A stretch of DNA of 64,000 bases from Nageia nagi (GCA_050084985.1 JBITNC010000001.1:98766001-98830000); one strand, 5' to 3'. Positions 24,300 to 37,592 are shown, numbered from the stretch's first letter. Notes: generated from the letters alone by a model not told the origin. Program-made: numbers and translations.

Positions 24300-25620
24300 G
24301 TTCTTTCATCTTGGAAGGATGCCAAAGTTGGATGGTGAGGTCCAACTCCTGTAGTGTAGAAACTCAATTGGCTCTTTGGACCCTCGACTCTTGCTAGGAT
24401 AATAGGTTCTTAATGGCAGGATCGGTTACTATAGCAATTATTGGACTGCGCAAGATATAATGACGAAACTTCTTCACTGCTCTGACCAAGACATAGGCTT
24501 GTTTGTCAAGCATAGGATAGTTAAGAGCAACATCTTTCAATGGAGCACCCATGAAGGTGATGGCCTTCTCTTTCTCATCTTCATCCTTTTAAGTCAAGAC
24601 CCTTGCTATTGAATGTTCTGAGGCAAAAAAATATAAATATTAAGCTTTTTTGTAATCCAGGCTCGTGACAACTGGTGCCTTGGTTATTGCTTCCTTAATA
24701 TCATGAAAGGCTTTTTTCGTCTCATTTGTCCATTTAATCTTTGCATCTTTCTTCATCATTGTTGTTAATAGCTTTGCAATTTCTACGTACCCTGAAATGA
24801 ATTTCTGGAAAAAATTAATTTTGCCCATAAAGGATTTGAGCTCCTTCAAGGTCGATGGATATGAGATTTTCTCCATGGCAACTACCCTCTCAGGATCTAT
24901 GGATATACCCTTCTCCGAAATGATGTGACCAATCAATCTCCCTTTTGTGGACCCAAAGATGCATTTCTTGGGGTTTAAAGATATTCCAAATTCTCGGCAC
25001 CTTTAGAAAATTTTCCTCAAATGCTGAGCATGGTCATTCATATCTTTGGAATATATTGTCGGATCATCCATTTAGATGACAATATTCTTTCCCACAAGAC
25101 CTTTGAATGCAAAATCCATGTCTCTTTGGAATGTGGCATCGACATGGATGAGTTCGAAAGGCATATGGCTGTATGTGAAAGTTCCCCACTTGGTGGTGAA
25201 GGCAGTTTTCAATCGATCCTTCTCATCCACCAGGACTTGATTGTAGCCGGAGAACCCATCTGAAAATGACATCATTTGGGCACCGTATACCATCTAAAGG
25301 ACTTCGTCAAGTGATGGAAGTGGATAATTGTCTTTCTCTGAGGCACAATTGAGATGCCTAAAATCTATGCATACCCCTTCCGGAAAGGAACTATGTTGGC
25401 AACCCATGTAGAATGTCTCATAGGGAAAAAACTCCCCAATTCGACCAACTTTTGAACTTCTTGGAACACCATGGGTTCTAACAAAGGATTCAAAACCCTT
25501 TGTTTTTGCTTGAAGGGTTTGGCATCTAGCTTCAAAGGTATGATGTGAATGATTATGCCTGGAATGTAAGTTTTCAATTGCTCATACGTCCAGGCTATCA
25601 CATCAATATATTCTTGGAAA
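24300..25620 (-). pseudogene. Reverse transcriptase and RNase H of the Tat element
   Basis: DGFSGYNQV, KTAFTTKWGTF..MPF, *MDD catalytic motif (Y mutated to a stop), GHIISEKGISIDPERV; multiple stops. Confidence 0.92.
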
Positions 25621-26049
25621 GCTTTTATGATTTACTCTTCGAGCTTGCTTCGACAAGATTTCCGAATGAGTATGTACTTAGGATCCTAATATGTTCCCAA
25701 GTTTATCTTTTTTGTTTCTTCGACATCGATGTGTTCTTTTGGGCTATTCTCATGTATGACATCTTGATCAAACAGTCTTTCGAAATCAATGATATCTTGG
25801 GGAGTTTGTTGGTCTTCAACTGGAGGATACCGTCTATATACTCATCATGGTCAGCTGCTTGGTGACCCTCATTCAGCTTGATTTGTTCCTCTCCTATGTG
25901 TTGAGAGGTAAAGACTCTCTTGCTTGCCATGAAATTTTCAATATGTTGGTCAAATGGTGTGTACAACATCTGGATGGTGAACCTTTTCAGTTTGCTATTC
26001 TCATCAAGTTGAAAAGTACTTGTTTCCATTGCCAATGAATTTTCCACAA

Positions 26050-26350
26050 TGTTCTACTTCCTGGAGATTGTCTTGATGTTAAAGGCTTTGAAGTCTTCTA
26101 TGAGACTCCACACCTTCGATCTGTATTGGGCTAGGTGGTCGTCTCTACATTCATAATGGCCTTTGATTTGTTTGACCAGCAATTACGAGTCTCCCATTAC
26201 CGAGAGATTCCCAACACCTTTTACCAGCGTAAGGGAATTCCAATCTGAAAGAAGCTTGATATCTTTTACCCTTTAGATTCTGGAGTTCGATCCTAGCTCC
26301 TCCTTCCATTTTAAACTTAGATCCGTCAAACCTAAGAATCCAACATTCTA
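26050..26350 (-). pseudogene. Additional (archaeal-type) RNase H between protease and RT
   Basis: WILRFDGSKFKMEGGARIELQNLKGKRYQASFRLEFP, then LLVKQIKGHYEC...YRSKVWSLIEDFKAF, typical of the Tat aRH domain. Confidence 0.85.
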
Positions 26351-26480
26351 TCTCTAATTTCTTGGGCTTAGGAGGGATGGAAGATTGACATGAGGTTTGA
26401 GCAAAATTAGTTGAAGCAAGAGGACTTTTGACTTTGAGACAATAAACACCGAGGTCTTGCTCCACTAATGCTATTTGATT

Positions 26481-29400
26481 CAGTGTTTGAAAAAACGACG
26501 AATATACGCGAAATTCGCATTTTTCTAAATCTGACATATTCACCTTAAAAAAATGTGTTTTTCTACACTTTTTTCACATGATATTTTCGCATTTAAATGT
26601 GCATATAATGGGGAGGAAATCTCGAACAGGAGTTGGAAAACGCAAATTCGCAAGTGAAAACGTGAATAATCGCGCGATTATTCCTAGCTAGGCCCATGAG
26701 TTCGTAGGTGCCAGATAGGGGAAAAAACCCTCATCTTTTAAAAATTTATTTGGCCTGCGAATATACCCCAAAAAACCTCAATATGGTGGAGGAAAAACAC
26801 GAATATATGCGCATTTATTCATCAGTAAACCCACGAAATCACAATTATAGACAAAGGGGGGAAAACCCACGTTTATATTAGGAGTTAACAGGAATTTTTG
26901 AAATCTGTTCTTAATCCATGTTTATCCTTGCAAAAACACGCGATTTTCACCTTTAATCCGCTGCTGGATAGGGACAGAACTCTAGTTTTGGGTTAAATAC
27001 AAAAAGTTTCCCCTCATTTGATCATTTCACTTTGTAGGTTTGAGGGGAGCAAGATTGGAGCTGAAGGGAGCAAAATAGGAGCTGAAGGGAGCAAGATAAA
27101 GCTTGAGGGGTGCATTGTGTTGTGGTTTGAAGCTAAAGGTAGCTTTATTTTGGTGATTTGGAGTTGGAAGGAGAATTTTGGGGCTGCATTTCAAAAATAT
27201 CTTCAGTTCTCTTGCATTTTGATCAAAATGCCTAAGGAGCTGGATCGTTTTTGGCAGTATGTAACACATTTAAAGGGACCTGAAAAACAAGGTACTCCAG
27301 GTCCTCTAAGATGTAACTTGTGCCAAAAGAAATTTGTTGGAGGGATTAATAGGTTCAAAGTTCATATTTCACAACAAATAGGGAGAGGTGTGGAAATTTG
27401 TCCAACTGCAAGTGCAGACCTTATTCTTGAGGCAAACAAAGACTTAAACTCTATAGTAGAGAAAAAGGTTAGGAAGTCTGCAATTCAAATGGAGCTAGGA
27501 GTAGGATTCCTTCCAGTGCTAGAAGTATAAATGCTAGTCAATCTCCAGCTTCTAGTACTGGTGCTACTAGCAGTAGAGTTGTTGAAATCTCTCCCTACTT
27601 TGGGGCACGAACAACACCTGAAGCCCAACTGTCTATCACAAGTTTACTAAACAAGAATGAGAAGAAAAAAGCAGATTTGATGGTGGCCAAGCTGATATAT
27701 TATGAAGGGTTTCCAATTAGTATTACAAGGAGCATCTATTGGCAATGAATGTTTGATGCAGTTTGTGCAATCGGGGCTCTCTTGTGCAGGATTGAAGCAG
27801 GAGTGCATAGATAGGTACATTAAATTTTAATTATTATATTTTTTTAAACGCTCTTTTATTGGCCATTTTTATTATTTTAATTTTTTAGTTTTACTTTTTA
27901 GTCACATTTAAATTTTTAATAGAGTTGTATTTTAAATTTTAAACTTTTAGTTGTTTCACTTTACTTTTATTTTTGTTTTTCCAGATTGTCTTCAATTAGA
28001 GAGTCTTGGAAGTTAATAGGTTGCACTATAATGTCTGATGGATGGAGAGACATGAAGGGTAGAACCCTTATTATTTTTTTTGTGTATTGCCCACGTGGAA
28101 CAACATTTATTAGATCCGTCGATGCATCCTCACAAATAAAGGATTCTAGAATGTTATTCCATTTATTAGACTAGTTTGTGCAGGAGGTGGGAGTGGAGCA
28201 TGTTGTCTAGGTGATCATGGACAATGTTGCAAACTATGTTCAAGCTGGGAAATTTCTTATGGAAAAATATCCCACCATTTTCTGGACTCCAGGTGCTGCC
28301 GATTGCATTGATCTCATTTTGGAAGACATAGGGAAATTGGATTCAGTTAAAGAGGTGGTTAACCAAGCAAGGTCAACCACTAAGTATATTTATAACAAAT
28401 CCACGGTTCTTAGCATGATGAGGCGATACACCTACAACAAGGAGTTGTTGTGCCCAACAGCCACACAGTTTGCTTCTAATTTCATATTCCTTCAATTATT
28501 GCTTAGAAGCATGTCTGAGCTTCGAGCAATGTTTGTTTCCAGAGAGTGGCTTTCTACCGCTTTGAGCAAGAGGCCAGAGGGCCAAGAGGTGATTGCATTG
28601 ATAGGTAGGTAGGAATTTTGGGATGGGATCATAGAGATTTGTTCAGTGATTGGGCCACTTGTTGTCGTCCTCCACTTAGTTGATGGGGATAGGTCTGCTA
28701 TGGGGTACTTGTATGAGGCCATGGATAAGGTCAAGGAGTGCATCAAGAAATATTATGAGGACCATCTAGATGATGATAATGAGTTTGGCGACAAGTTCAA
28801 CATCTTTTGGAATATCATTGATGAGCAATGGAACAACATGCTACATCATCCTATTCATGCAGCGGGGCCCATGTTGAACCCTAGCTTATTATTTTCACCA
28901 AACTCCAAAATGCTTAGAGACCAGGAGGTTACGAGAGGGGTAAGTTTAAATTTAGAATTAAATTATTGCAATGAACTTTATGAAGGTTTTGATTAATAAT
29001 ATAATATTTTTGAATCTTTGATTATATATTATTAATGGCATTCAAAATTTCAAATTTTAACTTAGGTAACAAAATGCATATGCACTATGGTGAGAGATCC
29101 TGCCAAGCGTGCCAGAATCTTGAAGGACATGGAGATGTACAAGATGTCACTTGGCTTCTTTGGTTTTGGTGGAGCTATAGAGACACAGCATGACCTCTCT
29201 CCAAGTGAGAGGAAATTTCAAGTTCAAAGTTTCAATTTCAATTTTCAAATGCTATAAATAAATATTTCAAACTTCAAGTTAAAGTTACATTTAGTGTTTT
29301 ACAAATTTTAATTTTTTCTAATTTGTTTTGTATATTAGATGTATGGTGGACAAATTTTTGAGCTGATACACCTGAATTGCAAAACATAGCTATTCGCATC

Positions 29401-30482
29401 CTTAGTCAAACATGTACCTCTTCAGGATGCGAGCGCAATTGGAGTGCTTTTGAAAAAATTCACTGCAAGAGGTGTAAAAGGTTAGCAAATTGATTCATAT
29501 TAATTAAAAATCTTAGTTCTTGCAAATTTGCAATTACGTTTAAATTAGTAATTAATATGGCAAAATTTATTTCAATGCTATTAGGTTGTCACAACAACGC
29601 TTGGATAATATTGTGTACGTATACGTCAACTTGCGGTTGTATGTGAAGCAATTGCAGAAGACAAAGATTGTGGAACCTATTGATTTGTCTTCCATTGACC
29701 CCTTATATGGCGATGCACCTCCATGTGATGTTGTAGAAGATGATAATTTAGATGAGGAGTTTTGGTCGACATATCGCTGGTCGTGGAGGAGGAGGGCGAG
29801 GAGGAGGAGCATGTGCACACAGAGCAGCAGAATTCATTCCCTATGCCTAGTGTGGTTGTTCATGGCAAGGGAATAGAAACCTCTCTTAGCCTTTTCACTC
29901 CTAGTGGTAGTAGAACATATAGTCATGGTGGTCGATATAAGAGGGGCAAGGGCCATTGATGCCTTGATTGACATTGTATTACGCTTACATTTTTTGTACT
30001 TGTGACACTTTGCAAGTTGGCACTTGGCACTAGGCATTAGACACTTATGATATACGATTTGACATACATTTTGATTTTTGTATGTCATATATCTATTATT
30101 GACAATCGATGTTATGAACTTAGTTACTTATGAATCTATGATTTTTGTCTATGTTGTAAGTCGTATGAAGTTGAACTATGATTATCATTTATGATTTATG
30201 AGTATGTAATATGAAATTATGATGAATGTGAATGTTTTAATTTTTATAGCAATTAGATAAGCATATTCTATAGAATATATAAAAAATTTGTATATTTTTT
30301 GTGTTTTAATATACCATGTTCTTTCCCTTTTTTGTCGTTTTTTTCACGCTTTTTTGTGTTTATTCTCGTTTTATTGCATCATGTTTTTTTCCCGTTTTTC
30401 CCGTATTTTTCTTTGTATTATTGACGATTTCCAAAATTTAGCCCGACACATATATACGTGGTACTCGAACTTTCAAACATTG
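26481..30482 (+). mobile_element. hAT DNA transposon (4002 bp)
   Basis: TIRs CAGTGTTTGAAA / TTTCAAACATTG; perfect 8-bp TSD ATTTGATT at 26473-26480 and 30483-30490; splits the Tat pol between PROT and aRH. Confidence 0.95.
27228..29959 (+). pseudogene. Intron-containing hAT transposase (BED finger, DUF659-type core, dimerization domain), disrupted
   Basis: MPKELDRFWQYV...CNLCQK...RFKVH (BED); GCTIMSDGW, IFWTPGAADCIDLILEDIG, MGYLYEAMD, ILSQTCTSSGCERNWS; in-frame stops and a probable internal deletion near 27775. Confidence 0.92.
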
Positions 30483-30820
30483 ATTTGATTAGTGTTGTTG
30501 TATTTGGTAATGCGGTCACTCAGGTATGGCTCACCTTGGACGTTGATCTGACTAGGTAGGCCTCTCCATGGAAGCCACAAGTACTTGAAGCATGTAGACG
30601 AAAATCCGTTCAAAGTTTCAGACCAGTCCTTGTTGAGCAACATCCCATATTTTGGTGGTATTTGAACCACTTGAACATCTATGTCCCTTTCTATTAGGGG
30701 CTTTGATGCAATTTGGATGTGTAGATTGTGGATCATTCTGACCACTCTAACGAGTGTATCATCTAGTTGGGTTATGCCTTTGGGACTCTCAACAATGGGT
30801 AGATTCAACATCTCTTTACC
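30483..30820 (-). pseudogene. Protease C-terminal region of the Tat element
   Basis: ITQLD...IQIASKP..DIDVQVVQIPPKYGMLLNKDW...LWLPWRG; homologous to 51019-51420. Confidence 0.85.
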
Positions 30821-30822
30821 AC

Positions 30823-31212
30823 GAGCGCATGCCCTCAAAAGACAAGGTTTTGTCTTTTTGATGAATGTGCTTGACTTTTGGGTACTTGAACTTCACTTTC
30901 TGGACTTTGAACTCGAACTGTGCGGCCTTCCAGCTTGAGTGCATGCTCCCAAAAGACAAGATTTTGTCTTTTTGAGGCATGCGCCTAACTTGAAATGCCT
31001 CCAGCTTGCCTTCTTCATCCTTTGTTCTGATCCAAATTGCCCCAACCCTGAGCGCATGCTCCAGAAAGACAAGATTTTGTCTTTTGGAGGCTTGTGTTGG
31101 GCCTAAGAGTGGCCCAATTTACCTTTCTCGAACTTGATTCTGGTTTGGACGACCCCTAGACCCAAGCGCACGTCCTAGAAAGACAAAAACTAGTCTTTTT
31201 GAGGCATGCGCT
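30823..31212. repeat. Second copy of the palindromic repeat-spacer array (5' LTR remnant)
   Basis: Four units near 30823, 30937, 31050 and 31164, with the same spacers in the same order as 21263-21652. Confidence 0.9.
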
Positions 31213-31387
31213 GGGCCTAAGAGTAGCCCAGTTTCACCTAACTTAGCTTCAACTTGGTTAGGTTTCCCTAATTTGCACCCTTGGTTCAACTTTTGGTTCT
31301 CCAGACTCAGTCATTTTTTGGGATTTCAGATTTTTTCTTAACATGGCTAAGACTAAGTGAATGATAATACCTAGGCTTGGGACAAAA

Positions 31388-32176
31388 TGTAATGACCCTA
31401 TTTTTGAGAATATCTTGTATTGGGATTTTCTACAAATCTCTTCTTCTATGAGTCAGATATGCCCGTTGCACCTTCAAAATTGGATAGAGCATCATGTGGT
31501 ATTTGTTTTAAGGGGTCACATGACCCCTTTTGGACAAGAAACGAAGGAGTTATGGCTACTTGAAGTTTGCCAGTGGGACCAGTTTTCCGTATCGCATCCA
31601 CACACGAAAATCCATTTAATTTAATGAATTTCTACTTAAAAGTGCAACGTTGGATTATAATAAGCTTTTATGTTATTCTAATGTTATTTTAAGTATTCTT
31701 ATTTGTAATAAAGCCAATCAGTGGCTTAAATTAGCTTAGAGGGGTCAATGCAAGATTAGGGTTGGAGTCTATATAAGGAGATGCAACGCTCCATTTTGGG
31801 CATGTTATTGATATTATTGAAACTGAAATCTGAAACCCTTGAGTTTCTTTGAGTGAAGATTGAAGGTCTTGCTCACCCCAAAGTGCATTGAAGGTGCATG
31901 GTTGGGATCTTTGGCAATTTCATTGAAGGTGTGATTGCCCTAAAAACACAAAAATAGTGCAAAGGAGATTTGTGGCATTTTGGGGGTGTTATATTTGCAT
32001 TTTGATGTTATTTTGTGGATGTCCTTTGGTTATTCCAGTGCATGTATTGTCTTGCAATATTTTAATATATTCTCTTGGCTGGTTATTACTCATTTCTGGG
32101 TGTCTTTTGAGTAATATTTCAGTTCTGTATTTTTTCTATACTTGTATTTCTGTAATTTCTTTTTTGGGACATTACA
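31388..32176 (+). mobile_element. Solo LTR (789 bp) nested in the Tat 5' LTR
   Basis: TGTAATG...CATTACA termini; TSD CAAAA/TAAAA; the empty site GCTTGGGATAAAAGGCATG is seen in the 3' LTR at ~21813; internal TATATAAGG. Confidence 0.9.
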
Positions 32177-33409
32177 TAAAAGGCATGATAACCAACTCGT
32201 ATGAAGCTTTTCAAGTTGGATGTGACAAAAACTTGACACTACGTGGACATGAGTTGCTGAGGGTCCCCAAAATCGCAAAATTTTGGGGCGTGTTGTGCTA
32301 GTCACAACATAAGACCTTGTCTATATTGGCACGAAGGCACCAAAGTTATCGGAAACATTAAAAAAGGCCGATCTTGGTTAATTGACATAATATACAATAT
32401 AAAAATTCATATTACATAATGTTCAAACTTCAAACTAAGACAAATGACAACCATATTCAACCAATTGTAGGATGATTGAAAAACTCTATACGAAGAAGGG
32501 ATATATTTCTTTAAGAACTTGTGGTGTATGGTTTTCAAATTTCAACCAAACTTATTTATTAGTTTGTTATGGGGCAAAAGGTTGTGATATTATTCAATAC
32601 CTAGTTGGAAAACTTGGATTCAAAGAGTACTTAGCAATGCAAATTTTGGAGGGTACTTGATAATCCGAAAAAAAAAAACCTTGAACACTATTAAAAACAA
32701 AAACAAAAACCTATGTAAAAAACCTCAATGTGCAGACCAACCAAATGAGGAAAAAAAGCATTCTTTTCCACCTTAAGCCTGATTGTGCAAAACATTGTGA
32801 ATTTCAGCATTCTGTTTTTTAGTTGCAAGCTTTCAGTGAGTACTTGCAAGTTACTCGCTTGAAACTTGTCTTGTTTTTCTTGAAATGCACGAGAACTTGG
32901 CCAGTTTTCTTGAAATGCATGAGAAAATTTGTGGACCTGGTTGAGGATATATCTTCCTACCATCCCAAGAAAAGGACCTGGAACTATCAGAGGTAGTTTT
33001 ATATTTTATCAAAATCATATACTTTTGATTTCTATTAATGAAATGTCTTTGAGTTTTGTGCCGTGAGATGATCCATTAGTAATATGTACTTCTTGGAAGT
33101 GAAATTTTTGTTGGCAGGCTTGAATGTTTGGTTAGAAGTATTATCTTGTGCTTCACCATTTCATATGCAACGTATAATACTTGAGAAACTCGAGCCTTTT
33201 GTACTGATATATTTGTATATCATCATTCTTGGAGCCATTAACAGAACATGAGAGCATGATATCTAGAAGAAGTTGGAAAAAATGTTGTTAATTCCTTATG
33301 AAAAGATCATTTTGTAAATATAACATACCTTCATATGGTACGCACTCTACTGCATTTTTATTTCTTTTTTTTCCAATTTTACCTCTAAAGAAAAATGTGC
33401 TTTGTGCAG

Positions 33410-33482
33410 GGAAGAGGAGTCGGAATCATTTCATAGAACAATGAGCGATAGGCTTCAGTTAAATGGTGATGTAATTCCTGAG
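33410..33482 (+). CDS. PTST3: PTST3-like gene, internal exon (EEESESFHRTMSDRLQLNGDVIPE)
   Basis: TGCAG acceptor, GTAATC donor, open frame in phase with the downstream exons; lies in a poorly conserved part of the protein. Confidence 0.65.
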
Positions 33483-33706
33483 GTAATCGGCTTTAACTTG
33501 AGGTCAGTTCTGTCCTCATGAGATTCGTGGCATGAACAAAGTTTGTAAAAATTTCCACCTTTTTTATACCACATTTTAAGCTTTGTTTTCACTGCAGAAT
33601 TTGTAAATTTGTCATACAATCTGGTGAATGATGACGTCTGTTTAGAAGTATAATTTCCAATTTGTGTTTACTTATCATATAATTTGTATTGACTTTGAAA
33701 ATACAG

Positions 33707-33760
33707 TCTGCTGGAAGGAAGCAGACATCATTGGAGCTTCAATATTTCAATTCTGTTTTG
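33707..33760 (+). CDS. PTST3: PTST3-like exon (SAGRKQTSLELQYFNSVL)
   Basis: ACAG/GTATCA boundaries, 54 nt, phase 0; positionally matches the segment preceding the coiled coil in Arabidopsis PTST3 as I recall it. Confidence 0.75.
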
Positions 33761-33901
33761 GTATCATCATTTATCTTCCCATAAGAGTAAATGTTTTCAG
33801 CCAAGTGTTTTTTTAAATTCATTTAACTTGTCTATTCTGTGATCTTAAACATGAGAAATGAATTTCTAATGCTTTGATCCTTCGTATATTTTATGAGCTA
33901 G

Positions 33902-33955
33902 CAATTGAAGGAGTTGGAACTTACCAAACTAAAGCAAGAGCTTCAGGAGGAAAAG
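33902..33955 (+). CDS. PTST3: PTST3-like exon, coiled coil (QLKELELTKLKQELQEEK)
   Basis: TAG/GTATAA boundaries; resembles the recalled PTST3 segment QKELELSRLKEQIEKEK. Confidence 0.88.
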
Positions 33956-36900
33956 GTATAAATCAGTATCTTAATTTTAGAATAATGCAGAACAATCTGA
34001 CATGTGTACCTGAATTTGTACACATATTAGTTGTTACTCATGCTTAACATCCAACATGACTACCTTGTTACTTACAAGCAGCTCTCTATAGGTTGTTGCT
34101 GTTAGAATCATGACCCTTAGGATTATGGTATTCGTATTTTAGTAGATATATTATTTTTAGATATTAAATTTGTAGCTAATGTGTCATAGGCTTTTGGGAG
34201 TTACATTAGAAGTAATATTGATAGTCGTTTGTTACCAAGTGGACACCCACTCTAGGTGATTCCATAACGTATCATTTTGATGTATATCTTTCCATATTGA
34301 ATCCAATACAGTACTTTAGCTTGGAGTTACTTGCTAGGCCTGACAATTGTATGGTCCTTTGCACTTTTATGTGTGGAAAATTTTATTTGTTTTTGATTGT
34401 GTACTCAAATGAAGAATAACACCTAATAAAAAACAAATAAAATGGCTAGATTAGGCATACATAATGGATAAAATACTCAAATCTCGGGTAATGCCATCTC
34501 AGTTGAAACAGAATGGATATGAGTGCATAATAATAACAAAAAAAAAACAATCTCCCATGATCCTTTGCACATTCAAATGTGGATATGGCAAGATGTTCAT
34601 GGGTTGTATGGAGCATACTCTCAAGACTCTTTTAACATCTATGGCTGGTGAAATTTTATGAGATAAGAAATTGTTGATGCATGTTTGTCGAGATTACAGC
34701 AGCAACGAAGCTGAAAGTTAATGGGTCTCTTGTCTTGTGGAAGAGAGCATGGTTGTGGAAACTCTCAAAACACCATGCAAAGTCTACCATTGCCAACAAT
34801 GCGATTATTAGTAGCATCAAAAGGATGTATGTTCCCAAGGGTATAGAGCAAAGCACCTTTGGTCGAGATAGTGAAAGTAGACAGAATGTAACCTTTTCAT
34901 GTTTCCAAATTCAGAAATATTATCTTCCTTGGATCTCATATTAGATAAATCATTAGAAGTTGAGTGTTTTTTTTATCTCCATTTCTTTGAGGGATCAATG
35001 GTGGCAGACTTCCATTTCTAAGAAAATGGTTATTTGTTTACACTTGCAGTTAGTGGGAGTATACTTCATGTTGGCTGAGTGGGATTCAAAAGTGTTGATT
35101 ACAATGTTTTTGAGGGTAATTAGGACAGGTAATAATGCTGTCCTTGATTACTACAAATATCAAATAGAAAGCCATTTTGGGTCCAAGGGTCTGGGTTTAT
35201 GATATCCACGTAGTTTAAATATGTGGTCAATCAATATCGTTTATGACTTCATTATTGATCACCTTCTTATTAGGTAAAAGTGATGAGGAACATTAAGTAT
35301 TGAAAGGTAGGATTCTATAGTTGCCACTGGTTTGCAGAAGAATTCTAGCCTCTAAGTACCAACCTCAATGTCATCAACTGAGACTCTAGAGGAACCCATA
35401 TTGTGGAAAAAAGAGGCAAGGTTGGATATCCTGATTCGCCTAACATCTAGTTGTCCATGGACCAAACTATATGGAAGCCTATTAGAAGGTATGAAATAGT
35501 CAATACAAGATCCAAAACAAATACAATGTGATAACCAAAGATGCCAACCAAAATCACTAGAACTAGAACAAATTATTGAAATTCAGGTGTAGTTGTGATG
35601 CCAACTCTAGTTATAGAGCAGTTATTGTGAACCCAAGTCTTTATGAAGATTATATTTGTATATATTTCTTGGTTGATTGCCTCAACACACACTAAGAGTT
35701 ATAACAAATGCCAGGTTGCCAATGTTGAAACTTCAATGGGAGTGCGTTCAAGGGTGATAAATCTCCTTAGTGTACTGGTGATTCTCGGTGTGGTTTTGAC
35801 TGATATGATTGTGGACTGAGGATTTGTAGTTTAGAGTCTGCTTGATGATACAACACAAAAGTCACAATAAACTTCCCCTAGACAAAATTTCTTATGTTAT
35901 GTTTGCATTTTATCATAGTCCACATTTTAGTAATTCAGTTACTGAAATAATGTGTCACTGTTGTCCTTGTATTCAAATACCATATCAGTAGTTCATGTAC
36001 AATTACTTACAAGGACCAATGCCAAAATTACACTTGGAAATTTGGATTTTATTTGGGCAATTCATGTTTATAATGCTAACCCTTTGCTCATTTTTATATG
36101 TGTTTTCCATAGTGTGTCATATCAAAACATTTCCCTAATAGGTTGTATGTGTGTTGCTTCTTTTGTTTGGTTCATAGTTATCAGACTCTTAATTCCACTG
36201 GGTTTTGGCTCAGGAAAACTTTGAACTTAGGGGAAAATACGTTAAAAAGGAAGTGTTACATGGTGTGTTGAGGATGGGAATAGGCATGGGCACGGGGATG
36301 TCAGGATGGCAAATGGGATGATAGGGTACGAGAGGCCATTTTTAGGGGACATCACGAGGATATTAAAAAGAAAAGGATAAAAAATGCTAAAAATAGGAAT
36401 AATTCAGAATGTAGTAAATCTAGATTCATCCATACATTTAAACATGAATACATAATAAGAACTAAAAACATAAAATCTGAAAATGTTTTATATCACTACA
36501 ATCTCAAATCCGTTTCTTGTTATCACATCTCAACAAAAAATAATCCATGCAAAACAAGATGAACATAAAATAGACTCCTCCAAATCTGAATTATCATTTC
36601 CAAGTCTAAGCTTAAATTGCATGTCATGATATCAATATGCGTGACGTGTTTTAGAGTTTGGAGGGTGATAGGGCTTGGAATCCTACACACCCTTGTTTTA
36701 AACAAGTTTTCGTTTTTGTTTAGGCATTGAGCCTCATGGTTCTGGGACAGTTAGGCACCCTTTGTATGGCCAGGGGATGCCCTAGGTGTCCCAAAGCCAT
36801 ATTGGGTACAGCAGGGATGTCCCTGATTCTGTCTCCAAGTACTAGGATATTAAGGGGATAGGAATGTGCTCCCTTGTAAGCTAGTGAAAACGAAAGCAAA

Positions 36901-37449
36901 AAAATGTCTTGACATTTTTTTTAGCTGGGTCAAATGCTCATGTTCAGTGAGCACTCTTGAGTTTCTCAAAAAACTCAAACTCAATATCTCGAGTTTTACT
37001 ACTATGGTTTTGATGCTTTATGCATATGCCAGGTTGTCATCGTTTCCCATATTGTGAAGTTTGTAAATATTTGTCTGTAGTAAGCCCCATGGTAGGTGGA
37101 TTGGTGGGATGGGTAATTTTTGTGACGGAGACCCGAGTTCTAATTCTGCCAGCTACTGATGATTTCCTTGTAACACCTCATCCACATGGGTTTGGGTGGA
37201 TTAAATAGTGGTAGCATTTGGAAAAGTATTTTCCAACAAGCAAAACGTTTCTATAACAAGTAAATAATATTTGCAAATTTGTTGGAATAATTGGTAAATG
37301 TTTTCTATGAACTATCAAATTATATGTGGCAATATTTTGAGTAGAGGTTATAAGAGAGTAAAAATTTGAATTTATCAGTTATTTTTTCCAAAATTATATA
37401 TCAGACTCATGGGCATGGACTTTAATCATGTTCTTGTTTGATGGCTCAG

Positions 37450-37569
37450 GCTAAATTATATTCACTACAAGCAAAGGCAATGGCAGAGGCTGAATATGCA
37501 AAAGAGATACTTTCTGATAAAGAATCTGAGATAAATGCAGCTGATAAAGCGCTTTCAGGTTTGAAGCAG
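37450..37569 (+). CDS. PTST3: PTST3-like exon, coiled coil (AKLYSLQAKAMAEAEYAKEILSDKESEINAADKALSGLKQ)
   Basis: CAG/GTCTAT boundaries, 120 nt; matches the recalled PTST3 pattern L..LQ..A..E...A...IS.KE.E...A...LSGL. Confidence 0.9.
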
Positions 37570-37590
37570 GTCTATTTCTGTATTCTCTTT

Positions 37591-37592
37591 CC

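Larger units (their letters stand above)
17733..32309 (-). mobile_element. Ty3/gypsy Tat-lineage (TatII-type) LTR retrotransposon, internally deleted, with three nested insertions
   Basis: 5' LTR starts TGTTGTGACTAGCACAACA at 32309; 3' LTR spans 21953-17733 and ends CCCCTAACA; TSD TAAGG/TAAGA. Pol order is PROT-aRH-RT-RH-INT. Most of the 5' LTR, the PBS and gag are deleted near 30820. Confidence 0.9.

Noticed and set aside
32340-33000. Possible hAT MITE
   Set aside because: Candidate termini and TSD do not match convincingly.
34460-34900. Coding-like remnant (GCMEHTLKTLL)
   Set aside because: Too decayed to assign; possibly an old transposase fragment.
36225-36885. MITE-like GGGA/TCCC-rich element
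   Set aside because: Probably a repeat, but I could not define TIRs and a TSD.
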